Shown here one piece after another: positions 23,860 to 37,148 of a stretch of 64,000 nucleotides of DNA. Position 1 is the first letter of the stretch; each line of letters opens with the position of its first letter. The stretch is from Phoronis australis. Taxonomy: Eukaryota > Animalia > Phoronida. Below the pieces are notes generated by a model, which was not told where the DNA came from, ran no database searches, and was given only the letters and a program-made list of their open reading frames with translations. Made by a program: the position numbers and the translations under genes. The stretch spans positions 15,637-79,636 of the forward strand of contig NMRA01000700.1 of NCBI GenBank assembly GCA_002633005.1, given 5' to 3'.

Positions 23860-26290
23860 TATCTGCGGTCATTTGTTCTTAGCCAGGCTTGACTGAAATC
23901 AGCTTTCTGTGATGTATTGGATCCGAAATGTCAGGTACAGGGCTAAAAGAAGTGCTTGAGACGGTGCATGGGTCAAACAGTGTGATCCTTGTGTTCAATG
24001 GAAAAATTGCGAATAGAGCAGTGAGAGGGCGTATGTTGGTAGACTCAGCACTGAATGCTAACATAAAAGCCAGAGCATTCAACATCCCACTTCCAAATAT
24101 TGACAGATCAATTAACACCATCCAGAACCAACGAAGAAAGAAGTTCCGGTATTTCAGAAATTCCAGGAGTTCAGAATGTCGCCAACACAGAACACAGAGA
24201 TTCCGTGCTAAGATGTGGAGCTATTCAATTCTTGTACACAAATGTTGGCTCGTCAGAATATAGAGACAGATTATTCAGACATCCCAACTGGTCACTTAAC
24301 TAGATGTATACGTTGGGACATGCAATGCACAGCTAGTGTCTTCCGATTATGTACCTTGGATTACAGTGGAAGACCCTACAGAGAGTTCTCTTTTGGCTTA
24401 CGACCTACTGCCATTGAATCAGAGTATAGGTCTTCAGAATTCGCAGTGACAGAGAATAGTTCGTCAGAAGAATCAATGGCCAATGATGATTTAAGATCTG
24501 GCTGAAGCTGCACTGTGATCTTATTGCTGGCATAACGTCTGTGTGCAGTGATGTATGCTCATCGGATTGTCTTGTAGGTATCCATAAAAAATGGAAGCAC
24601 ATAAATCCGACTTGCCCTTGCGAAGTCGAATCATTAGTCTTTGGCTAAAGTATATGAAGATGACAAACAACCTTCGACTTTTTTAAAAGGAGAAATAACG
24701 TCAGATTGGGAGCTTCACCTTAAATCAGTTTCTGAAATGCTGCCCTACTTTGCAGCTGCTGGTCACAACTCTGACGGAAAATCTGCATAAATATACTTGC
24801 AGCAGACGCAGCAACTCAAAGACACCCGTCCAGACGACTACGGCCAGCACGCCATAAGGCGAAGTTAAAGATTCTGGACAGGATTGGCATATGTTGTAAT
24901 TGAAAAAACGCTCATGAAAAGGATTAAAGAAACACGGGGTTTAGTAAAGGTTGCGAAATGTGAGATATGCAGAGTGCACCGTGGGGGCTTTCCTTGCCGT
25001 CATGGTCAAGTATAAATGGCGCCATGCAGAGTATGACAAACTTGAGTTGTGAAACAAGTCAACAGCATAAAGAAGGTAGCCAGGCACAACACTAGCGTGA
25101 CGACAAAAACATCAACAGCCTTGTTGAATTCCTTCACGACAGAAACCCATTTTAAAGAGAATCAATACATAACATCGCCATTGGTGTGACTGATGGTACA
25201 CGCGTCAATGCCAAAACTGCCAGAGATGTGTGGAAGGCGGTTCACTTGTCTATCGACATTAAGTGTCAATGACTTCACATTTAGAAAGGAAGACAAAGTT
25301 GTGGCAATGACACGTCAATCAGTTCATATTGCTAACAGTGATTTTACACAAGTGGATCCACGACTGCTATTTCAGGGAATCCTGAAAGCTGCAAAAGACA
25401 ACAGTGAAAGTTCATCATACCTTTTGAAGTTTGAGGTGTGTGCTGGTTCCCAACTCTTTTTGATACATCCGATCTTCCCAAAGTCGCTAATGATTTGATA
25501 TTAGCTGATTTACTATGGTCCAGAGGGAGACTACCTGAGGATTTCAATTTCCAGAAAACACAGTGATGCATGTAATTGACGGCAGTTCTCTCCTTCACCG
25601 TATTCCATGGCCTAGAGGTGCAACGTTTCAGTCGTTTGGTAGAGCTTATGTGGATTACATCAGCAAGTGCATCTACCCTAATGTTGTTTTTGATAGTTAC
25701 TGAGATGGACTATCAACTAAGGATGTCTCCCATGTTCGAAGACTGAATGGGGTGTTTGGAACTGAAGATCACTTCAATGGTGACGTGGTGATCAAGTCAA
25801 AGAAGGAACATTTTGGCAAAGAGCAAAAACAAACAACGATCCATTTACTTCTTGTCAAGTTTGCTAGGACATGCTGGTTGTGCAGTGGTACAAAACTCAA
25901 GGTGCCGTAGAAATTTTAATATAAGAGACCGCAGTAAAGAGCTCAGCACAAGGTCCAACTACCCTTATTGAATTCGATACAGACTTGTTAGTTATTTTTT
26001 GTTATCACGCTACTTCACAACAACTTCCATTGTTCATGAAATTTAACAAGAGGCACCGAAGCAAGAGGAGAGTCTGAAACTACAGTTGTCTCTTGGTGCC
26101 GAAACTTCCGCAGTTTTGCCATTTGGGCACGCAATACAACATTACGGCTGATCGGTATTAGCAAATGCTCTCCCTTTCAAGAAACTACGTGATCGACAAT
26201 TCTGCGAAAACACATGCAGCTAAAGCAAGACATATTTGAAGCTGGTGAGAGCTGTGTCTATGCTTTTTGGCGGTACTGGCACTAGAACTG
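23860..26290 (+). mobile_element. Academ (AcademX) transposase pseudogene with XPG/PIN-like nuclease region
   Basis: Motifs SFL.CIGSEMSGTGLKEVLETV...GK..NRAVRGRMLVDSALN; SLWLKYMKM...DWELHL...MLPYFAAAGH...KSA.IYLQ; IRRS.RFWTGL...IEKTLM; XPG-like HVIDGSSLLHRIPW, VVFDSY...STKD..HVRR, DTDLLV; multiple stops and frameshifts. Confidence 0.8.
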
Positions 26291-26734
26291 TGGATGACTT
26301 TTTGAATTTTACTCTCTATCACATTCCACTCCCCAGTTATAATGGTTTAATGCAAATCTAGCGGCCATTTTGTTCAACATCTTGAATAACCAACTTCTTT
26401 TGTCACACTAAGGGGTGTGAGAGGACACAATTTTTGCTATGAAACCTTACGTTGCAATCATTTCCCGGTCATCCGTAGGGTGACTGGACTAATATGACGT
26501 TAAGGGATTCTATATTTGGATAAATAGTCCATATACAGTATTTGAGTGTCTTATTTTACACCTTCGCGCTGTACAGTCGTTTGCAAGGGACCCTCCCTTT
26601 GCACCACCCATGTGTAAGTAAATCTGATTTTTTGCGGCATTTTTACTAAAATATTCACGTGCATGTTATGTTTTGGTTCACTAATCCAGTCTTTTTGTGA
26701 CTGGAGGTATAATTTAATAATTTGGAAGCCGACT

Positions 26735-27895
26735 AACCCGGCTGGTTCATGTTCGTGATGTCTTCAGTTCGGCGGCCGGCGACCGACCTAATCAGGCTCC
26801 GACCCACTGGGCTACAACGAACGTTTTGTGTGTTTTGAAATGATTAAAAGTCGTACGTCTAAAATTGCAACACACGGCTTTAATCTGATGTCTGTATTTC
26901 ACGGAAGAACAATTCTAATTTATCAACGAGCATACACTATCTTCCCACGACCGACATCGGTAAGCTACACTACGTTTAATATGTCTATAAATCCGCCACA
27001 GCAAAATATAACAACTCGTTTTTTTAAGCTCAATGTACATGTATTTGTAAGTGTTTTGTATCGAATTTATCGGTGCAAATTGATAAATTTGGGCGGAAAG
27101 CTGGCACCAGCAAACGTGTTTTGAACTGCTGAAGAGTGTCTGTTAGAACCTATGACGACATTCGTTAATTTAGGCACCTCCATCTGCTGCCCGGTGTCAG
27201 GTAAACGAACAGAACTTGCTTATATAGAGTGAAATTTCTCTATCTAAATTGATAGGAAATAAGTTGTTTTGGTGGCTTTCTCCATTAATGTAATCGATAA
27301 AGACGTTGACAAAACTGTTTTTTGCGTTCGGTACACATGTCTGAAACGTAGATGAGGGAGTGGAGATGAATCATGTTTTGGATAACACGTTTTGAATTAC
27401 AAAAGAATGTTTAAAGATTTTATTGAGAAAACATACCATATATTTCACTATATTAGAACCAACAGATGGCCATTTGAATTTTGGACAACTGCATTAACAT
27501 CAATAGGCTTTGGAAGCATCAATGTCAAAATGATGTTATGAACTATTGCGCAGAATTGATACTTTAGTCACTAAGGATTAAGAATATTAATGAACACACA
27601 GTAACAGACCCTTAGGCACGATAACTCTAACCACCCAGACATGGTATTTGTAATTGTTTTGCATTAGTTTTGCTGATTTACTGGTGTAAAGTGATGAAGT
27701 CAAGCGATAAGCTGACACCAGTAACGTTGTTGAGAACTGCTGAACAAACAGTGTTAGAACCTATAACGTCATTGGTTAATTTCACCAACTAGTTTGCACT
27801 TAGGTGTAAGGGAAAAGAACTGAACTTGTTGTTATCGAAACGACAAGATCTGAATTGATACAAAATAAGTTATTTTGGTGGCATTCTCTATTAAC
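26735..27895. repeat. Copies 2 and 3 of the TTAA-terminated repeat family (26735-27290; 27680-27895)
   Basis: Block similarity to 1790-2370, ending ggtggctttctccattaa and ggtggcattctctattaa. Confidence 0.55.
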
Positions 27896-30479
27896 GTGCC
27901 AGCATTTCACGTAAAACGTAGAGAGGGGCTTGTTCACCGATTGATTGTAAGTGGCCCCTAGTATGACAATATTTGTTTCAGTGCCCACTTCTAATCCTTA
28001 TTTGTTGTGACTGTTTTAACTCTTCGAGAGCGAAAATCTGGAAAAAGGGCGAGAAGTTGCTAAAGTTACGCAAAATCGAAAACAGCCGACTTTGCCTTTG
28101 TAGCCGTGGATTTTGCATCAGAGACTTCTTGGTATAAAAGAATATCTTCAAGCATAGCGACAGCGGGGCTTGTTATCGAATGGAAAAAGTGTTGCTTTTA
28201 AACTTCCAAATCTCTCACTTCATATAGTTAAATGATCAACAGCAAATTTGATGAAATGCATACACACAAGCCATTTGAAACTATTATTGCACGCCACAGT
28301 AGAAGCTGCATACGTTCGTTAGGCATTACAGAAGAGCACTGACACGAATGAACCAAGGGAAAAAGTGATAAAGTATATCTCACGGATTTCCTTGATTGTT
28401 TGCATGATGGTAAGGGTTGATGCCCCAACCTTCATACCCATATTAATTTTTTTGCATGCGCCACCTTTTGGTTGCTATGGGAAAGTTTTGTTTTTCTGCC
28501 AATTCCAAGCCTTGTTACAGCTACATTTTGGCTTTTTACCTTGAGAATAAGAGTATTAACACTACATTTTTATCACTGTATTAAGGGGTCTTTCAACTTG
28601 CCAGCCATAGAAAATATTACAGATTCAGTTTCATTTTAGCTGTTTTCGAAAGCTACAAGTTTAGCTAGTTTGTGGTGGTTTTGAAATGTTGACAATTGCC
28701 CTACTTCCTGTCTCAATATCTCAGCTGAACCAAATTTAAAACAACAAAACTAAAGCCAGTGTTTAGATTGATCTTAGCTCTACAAAATAAAACCATAACA
28801 CGTCTAGGCAATCACCCTTCTTCATACCGCATCGGGCTCTATAAGTAGGGTACCTCACCAAAATTGTACAACTGGCCAATGTCTGCATAGTAACATCAAA
28901 ATACAGTTTTGAAATCTTAATATAGGCACTCGAACATACCAAATGCATACTTGGTAAAGAAACCAAAAAGCTTTAATTTGGTTACGTGACAGAAAAAAAT
29001 GAGAAGCACAACATAGCACGTTGGTTTCCTTTGATCCAGACGATAACACTGCTAATATGTGCATGAACTTCCTTTTTTCAAAATGAATTATGGTTGTGCG
29101 AAAATCTATAAAGTAAGTCTGTGAACTCGAATTCTGAAATTTTAATGTGTGGGTCTTATATTCTCGAAGTAGAATGATCGTGTCCCGACGCATCTCAATT
29201 CAACGAATTTTATCGTAGAATAAAAAACAATAATAGGCGTATTTGTCGGGAAGGAGACAACCGCATCTCTATATATCACCAACCGTGAAGAAATCAGACA
29301 ACAGAGTAGTCATTCATAAAAAAGAGATATATTGAAACTGTATGGGATAAATGGTGTGAAATGAGGTTACAAAAACTGGTGTTATAAGGACAATCGACTG
29401 CCGGTGAAATTGGCGTTATTTAATAACTTTTCTTACGCTTGTCATTCGGGAAAGTCCCCGAAAAGCCACGCCCAGATATGCATATGGATGTCTGAATATT
29501 TTTTTTTACGGATACCAATACCTTTTGTTTTTACCATAACGCAGAGATGTATTTGCCGAAGGTTCGTAGACATTTTCATCAAAAAACACAGGAAACCGAG
29601 TAGTTCACACGCATAAAAGCAGGAAATCAGTTCAGAGCATTTTTATCTACCAGTTTCAGATGCGGAATTTAGGGAGGGGGTCAAGGGGGCCATGCCCCCC
29701 CTAAAATTATCCTAGATACCATTTGACACTTCGAGATGCGGATTGCTGACTAGCATATTTGCGCACAGAGGGGGGCTTGGGGCGAATGCACATTGAATAG
29801 GCCTTGAACAAAACCCGTTTACCTTTTTTTAGTAATAAGGTCCACAAACCCAAAAATTCGAGACCCCTACATTCCTAAACTTTAGGCTGGGCGCGCGCAT
29901 GTGGAGAAATTCTGGTTAATCCTGTACCCTACCCCAAATCAAAATCCTGGGTCCCCCCCGAGTTTAGTATGCAATAATGCTCACTGATGGGTATGTAATG
30001 GTGTTTGGTGCTTACCATAAGTCAGACTCCAAAAATTCAGCAAACTCGAGTCTAATACATATACATATAGTGTCAACTACTTCATCGAAGAATCATAAGA
30101 CAATGCATGTGCAGCAAAATGAAAATAAAAATAAAATACATACATTCAGACTTTACATAGGTGAACTTGGGAAATCCTGCAAAAAGATTTTGGAACAAAG
30201 TTGGGAAACATTTAAAAGCTCTCCTGATTTAAATTATTGTTTATTATGTTAGACATAGAGACCAGCAGAGCAGGTTATACTGTTCTTATGTAGCAAACCG
30301 ATTATAAGATAGCACCAAAGAAGTTTATATTGAGGCTGATACAGGACACAGGCAAATTACCCGCAATAAATCAAGTAAATAGAACAAATGTGGTCACATT
30401 TACAGAATGTACAATGAGACATCTTTAGTCAGAAAAGATTACACGTCACGAAATGGAAATAGCATTTTTTCTGACTACT

Positions 30480-33147
30480 TTTGACATACTGTATTTCAAA
30501 TGTCTCCAAGTCGTGTATACATGAAATGTGCTACTGCGGCAATTCTATTGACTCAACAATCTTTTGTCGTAATTCAAATCGACGATCTTCTTCAGTGATA
30601 CTTTTCATTTCAAAGGCACCAAAGTGTACAAGTTTCCCAGAACGAATGAGTGCTGCTAAACGGACGAGGTGAGAGACATTCCTCAGAACATGACTTTGGT
30701 CAGGAGCAATACATTCACGGGTTACAGATAATGCTTCGCTGGCTTTCCGTTTGTAATATTGCTTGGAGCTTTTGACAGATTCATCGATGTCAGTTAGAAG
30801 ATGGGACCTAACAGGTTTGATCTTCGATCAGATGCAGCAGTGAGAAACTGATTCGACTTATGAATCTTTGGCAAAGGCGTGGGCAGCCAGAATCATGGTT
30901 GGTCCCCTCTTCTCAACTTGAAAATTTTGATTGTAAATAATACAATTATATGCAACTTAATCCGTAAACAGATGAATTATAATTTCCATAAACAGCGTTT
31001 CCCCTAAGATTTTATTATCACCATTCAAAATAGCTTGGTAAGATGGACAATCACATATGCGTGCAATCCTCATTGTGTACAAGCACCACTCAAAAAACAA
31101 AAGTGCCGTCAGTTAATCAAAATGTGAGTTCACTGTTTAAACCTGGAAACCATCAGTTTTAATATATAGCATTGCGATGGCTTTGAAAAGCCATAAAGTT
31201 AAGATAAGATCCAACACTCTTCATGCCTTGAGAAAATTTTACGTTTTACATGCTTTTCAGGCTAAAAGGTATACAATGCATCTTGTTATGACCTACATGG
31301 AGTACCAAAGCTTTCATTACAAGCAGTCTTCCCCGTCAGAGGATTTTTCATTGGTTGACAGGTGTGCTGACATAACTGGCACAGAACTAAACAGACTGTG
31401 CATTTATGAACATAGTTCCTCACCATAAACATAGTTCAAGGTCTGTTAACGCTATCCCTTGACTCACAAGCTCTGACCCAAACTCACAAAACATAACATG
31501 TGCGACCAAAAATCACATTTCGTGGAGCCAAATCCAACTTGACTGAGAGACACGGCTAACATACAGTAAATACAGCATATACAAAGTGTTTTGTCTGCAA
31601 ATACAAGAACAGTGTTACAGTCCATCAGCAATGTTTCCCTAGCAGATGAGTTTGTGAGCCAACCACCAGTTTTTGAGTCATTGTGCAGTTTACAAGCACA
31701 CGAGCCCTGTTTATATTTGAGTTCGTACCTCCTGTAAGTATGGACAACTTGCGCAGTAAAACTTCCGAAATGCAAAATCCGCTGAATGCACGGCATTTGT
31801 ATTTGTCTACGAGGTATATAAGCAACCACACTACAACTGAAATAAAAATCTTCCATTAAAACTACTGTTTTGCTATCATGAATTGTTGACAAGATGCACT
31901 TAATCCAGGAACCAAGAATCTCAGAAAAAAGGTTTTGTACAAAAATACTCCAAATCATTGACTAACTATTTACTAGTACTCTTCCTGTAGTAAACTCAAC
32001 AACAGTGGCTAACTTCTTAGGTGAACGCTAACAATTTCTGCATAGACCTGCAATAGAATTTTATGAAAAAGTAGGCATAACACAACTCCCAACAAAATGC
32101 TGTATTTTGAATCCCAAAATGTTTTCCCCCAGTGTTATTCTTGAAGTTGAAAGCTTCAGATGTTAGAGACCGTAACGGTGTTATTGCTCTAGCCATGTTA
32201 AATTAGGCCCCACTATAATTGGGTTCCACTGTATATGTGGAAAATTATATATCTCTGGTTATACAGATAGAGCCATATGACCAATCAAAAGTGACAACAG
32301 GTGATTTAGATGAGAAATTGGTGTCATATAGGAGACAATGGGTCGATTAAATTTTTTGATAATGGACACCAAATTTCCACTTCTTACAAATGCATATTCA
32401 GAAAATGGAATGTATTTCGATAAACCCTAAATGTTGAGAAAAGAGAAAGTTTTACTAATACAAGGCTGTACTGGAAGTAGTTACTGCAATTACTCTAGTA
32501 CTCAAGAGTCGCTATTACTTCATGTAGGCTTGTGTCCATTGTGGCTCTTTAAAATTTGAATTGATTTCTGGCAACAATCAGAATCTTGAGAAAGCAAAGA
32601 ATATAATAAATTCATTATCAACAGGTATAGAGCATTGATGACCTGCACCTGCATAACAACTTATCGGACCCAACTGGAATCCATACATTCTGTTCTTCCA
32701 GAAATTCTTTGTTGACTGCATTTCCACTTACATTCCAAACTCAAGCTTGGCCTTGGGCTTAGAGCCTTTCCGATGTTGAAGGTGGGCACATATCTTGCTT
32801 TTACTTGGCCTCCATCTGATTCCATGCTGAGCTCGGTGATTTCAACAAATAGTCATTTCTGGGGGTCAAACTGTTGTAAACAAGCCCACACTGACTCTGG
32901 CAAGAATCAGCTGTCACTTTTAGCACTGTCACTGAACGGGACTGGGTCGGTGACTTTAACATATTTCAGTTGGCTTGTTCACGGACCTACTGCAATCAGT
33001 GCTTTATTTGCTTGCTGCATTGTTTCGGTATACCTCTGGAGCTCCACAAACCTGATTTGAAGGATATAATGATGCCAACGAACATACTATATTAAATACT
33101 TCACCCACATCAGCAGCCATTTTTTCTTCAGTGATACCAGAGCCACC
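30480..33147 (-). mobile_element. Decayed large DNA-transposase relic, probably Sola3-like, central DDE region deleted
   Basis: 32600-33147 gives LILARVSVGLF...MTIC.NHRAQHGIRWRP...CAH.QH...WIPVGS..C.CR. 30480-30830 gives KPVRSHLLTDI...YYKRKASEAL...CIAPDQ fused to VRLAALIRS...EEDRRFELRQKIVESIEL. These resemble N- and C-terminal motifs of a cnidarian/lophotrochozoan transposase family; the superfamily label is from memory. Confidence 0.5.
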
Positions 33148-34129
33148 TGTAGGGCTTCCCATCAAAATGGTAGTTCACAGTAAAAAAAAAGAAAAAACAA
33201 AACAAAAAAAAAAATACTATTTTCATTGAATTTTATTTGCTAAGAAATAAACTCCAACCGTTTGAGCATTTTTAGATCTCAAAAATCAACATTTTCGATG
33301 ACAAGTAAATATTGTTACAAGTGCTCACTTTGGCTGAAGGGGCTTTGAACAATTGCTCATTACTATATGAAGACATGTGTTTGCCGGTAGTTTTGAAGCC
33401 AAATATCTATTCTACTAAGATAGATCAAACTCACAATTATGTTTCAAAGTGTAACATTTGGCTTCAGCTGAGATTGACTCATTCAAATCTGGGCACGTTT
33501 TCCATGTTTTTGCTTGTATGACACCATTAACCTTCAAACCCCAAATGTCGAATTAAAGGTGCAACATGACACTTTTATTTTTTTCATTTTCACGAAGACA
33601 ATGTGTGACTTTATACAAAACAATGGGTATTTTATTTTCTAATTGCTTCTGTAATTACTTACAATATCACCAAATCTGTGATTATTGGGGTGAGTTCCTA
33701 TAGTGGTTTTCCGTGAAAACTGAGGTACCTGACTTTTAAGCTACCTAACGCAATAGAATTTGTTTAAAGTGAATTTTATTAATTACCATAAGAAAATAAA
33801 CAAAAATGCATAATATGATCCAAATCCGTCACATACAGGGTGTATCACCCCTGTATGGATTTTAGCCTGGTCTGAAATGTACTGCACTCCTAATTTATAG
33901 ATTACTACTATCTAAACCAATTTCGTTTTAATTATCTATCGTGGAATACCTATCGTGTGGTTTCGAACACCAGTTTGGATCCTGCCGTCGCACGGAGGCA
34001 GTAAAGTTTGTTTGTCTGGCTAATCTTGCTACAAAGATTTTAGAAAACACTAAAACTGCCAGCTTTTGTCAGTAAAATGAAATATCATCACTTTACTTAA
34101 AATATGATGACATTCATTACTATTTTCAG

Positions 34130-34453
34130 GTTATCACGGTGCACGACGAACAAAGTCTATCCATGTGCTTGGGTGTTACGATAGCAGCCGAAATCAGTCT
34201 ACTGGGTTTACTTTTTTGGCTCATAAAGGAAGTCTTACGAGCCCGGGCTTCTGTCACAAGACATGTGGTAGTCGCATGTTTGCCTTCGCAGGGTTACACA
34301 ATGGTGACGAGTGTTGGTGTGGCAACGGTATACCTTTAAATAATTATGTAAGCGTTGGTCAGTCTCAATGTCGTCAAAAGTGTGCTGGACAACAGACATC
34401 ATTATGTGGCGGTAGCAACAGGTTATGGGCAATGGAAACTGATTACAAATTAA
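34130..34453 (+). CDS. WSC gene A, WSC domain exon 1
   Basis: ttttcag acceptor, a|gtaagc donor, phase 1-1; LGCYD...FCHKTC...FAGLHNGDECWCGN...CRQKCAG...LCGGSNRL with 8 Cys. Confidence 0.92.
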
Positions 34454-35844
34454 GTAAGCTTTTGTTTCTGCAAGAGTCTTGACGGATATTAAGCCCTCGT
34501 TTAATTCATGTCAATTGATCATTTGTATATCACTTAACTCACTTAACTGATTTAATTATAGACTGAAACACACTCCTACGTCGGTTTCCATCGTTCGTTC
34601 ATTTAGAAGGTTGTCAACGAGATGCTGATAGCAGAGAAAGATTCCTGCAGAAAACCAAGACATCAAGCAATTTAGATGTTGCTGGTATTATGCGAACATA
34701 GTTAAGCCATGTGTTGGAAAAATAGACCAAAACAATTTTTCTTAGAATAAACAAATGTACAAGCAAAATATATTTGCAAAGTTTATGACGTTAGTCGCAT
34801 TTTCAGCTTTGACATATCGGCTTGAACCGAAGTTAGGAAGACGAGTTCCCAAAAGCAATTTGGCAGAGTGCACTTAAACTCCACACTTTATTGTTTATTT
34901 TTTTAAATCTCAAAAACGGCGTGTGCCTTTTTTAAGTCCTAGTAATACTGTGCTGTACCATAGATGATTTTTTCAAGAATCTCTTAGATTTTGCGAGTTT
35001 ATTTAGCCTAGGACCCAACTAAATGAGTAATCGACTAAAGTGTATTTATACATGTACCTAAAATGCACTTTTGTTAAAAACGAAATTTTGATTTAAAAAG
35101 GATCATACCATGTTACAAAATCACGACACGTAGGTATGAAGTACATTTGAATAACCTCTATACTCTCTTTTATCAAAAAAATAATACACACCTTTACCAG
35201 TCCAACTTAACCTGACACAATGATGTGAAAAGAAATCACTGTTCCACAAAAACAATACTGCTTGAAGCGTGTTGGACTGGGTCACTCTGGCTGGCACGAC
35301 GCATTCTTCATGGGGCCAGTTTGTCTAGAAATCACAATGTAGAGCCATCACTTTACTTCAAAAAGAGAAGCATTTATAAATGCTCGTTACACCCTATGGC
35401 AAGCGTTTGATTTAGAACACCTATGTTTCTTTTTTTTTCAAATTCACCCTCCTTTCTTGCGAGAAAGTTTGATTGCTTATATTGAGGTTTTGCTCGATGA
35501 ACAAAATGTAACCTCACACAAACGGCATCGATAGTGTAGTTCGGGTCTATGACCGCTTGTTAGAGCAAGACATGTTTTAGCAATCCTGCCAAAAGCGGAA
35601 TACACCAGCTTGCAAGCCAAAGTATCAATGTGTCAAACCAACGTCCTCTTAGCCTGGAAACATGTTTCCATAGTGATTTCTTGCACGACAGAATAGCCTT
35701 TGAACGAACAATGTCTACGCAGCGTGAGTTGGAACTTTTCATAGCGATTTGACGAGTGTAGCAAGAATTCAGGTTACTAATGCAGTAGTTTAAACTTGTT
35801 TTGTCATACATGTACTTCCATTCATGTCAAAATGGATTGTTCTA

Positions 35845-36060
35845 AAACCCGTCAACCCCCACACCCCCACGTCCCCCTCAACCCACAACACCTGCGACAT
35901 AGTCTACACAAGCTCGGCTGCATCCGAACGTACAGTAGAACGAGGGCTCACTTGATACACAACTAAGTCTGGCTGTGAACGCCTCAGGCTTTTTCCTGGG
36001 ATTAAGAGAGTTGTTTCAGTAACCTTGAAATCCAAAAACAGAAAAAAATCAACGCGTCTA
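35845..36060. repeat. C-rich (cgacccac-type) interspersed repeat; further copies 45665-45790 and 55790-56090
   Basis: All three contain c(g/a)accc arrays followed by ctacacaagctcg; two also share agtctggctgt downstream. Confidence 0.65.
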
Positions 36061-36863
36061 AATCGAAGACCTAACAATGTTTTAAATGTCGTTCACAGCA
36101 GAGAGCAATCGTCTCGCCTGCTCTTCCGGGAATGGCAGATTCAAGCTTTTTGGGAGAGTGCGAGGAAACCGCGAATACGAAAATTCTTCGGTAGATACAA
36201 TTTTATAAAACAAGTGTTAACTGAAGCTATGTCACTGAATTTATTGTAAACGAGTCAGCAACAGAAAGCAAATAATAAAAATGTAAACATTATGCCCATT
36301 AATCTCCACGTACTCTCTTACTAAGTTTAGTAGATTAGGAAAATTGGTAGTCGCTCGTGGAACTATTTCCGTGAAAACAAGAGCACGCTCACAGTCGTTT
36401 ATTTCTGATCACGACGTTCTCACGCCGTATTCTGTTTTGAACCACCAGATATGAGCCAGATTAGATTCGCGTGTAGGTGAGTCTTATGGGAAAGTCACTC
36501 ATCAACGTAATATTCTTGTGAATTTTAAAAACACCACCAATATACATATTTTGCTAAAAGTCGTGGGTTGATGTTTTTTGTCGGGTCGAGGGGATTTAAA
36601 AACAATACAGCCGGAGTGCAAATCTATGCTGTTTATCTTGCACAAATGATTGCTTGGGTGAAGTACCATCTAGGTGAGGTCTATAACGATATCTTTCATG
36701 CTATGATGCCTTAAGGGTTGCAGAGAGATATGAGAACCCCAACGTTCAGGTTTGCTCTTGTGAGAGACGTGATAAAAAGTGGATCACACAAATGTTCTAC
36801 GTGAACACATTTTGTGAGTTTATGTTCTTTGGTTTATCTTACACTTGTAAACTTCTATTTTAG

Positions 36864-37148
36864 AACATTCACGGAATGTAAACATGTGTTGGATGCCAAT
36901 GTACATGTTTAACAGTGATCTGGTGTATACAGGAGAAAAAAACAGCCCATCGTTTTGTCGTCAACTCTGCGGCACCTACCGAAAACAGTTTGCAGCTACG
37001 CAGTACGGAGTTAATTGCTGGTGTGGAGATGAGTTTTTTGGAGACATAAAACTTTTGCCTCGTTCTTGCAGCACACCGTGCAGTGGAGACCCCACAAAGC
37101 TTTGTGGAGGGTTGAACGGCTATTTTTTTATGTACTCGGAACGCACAG
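36864..37148 (+). CDS. WSC gene A, WSC domain exon 2
   Basis: attttag acceptor, g|gtaatt donor, phase 1-1; MCW...FCRQLC...FAATQYGVNCWCGD...CSTPCSGDPTKLCGG with 8 Cys. Confidence 0.92.
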
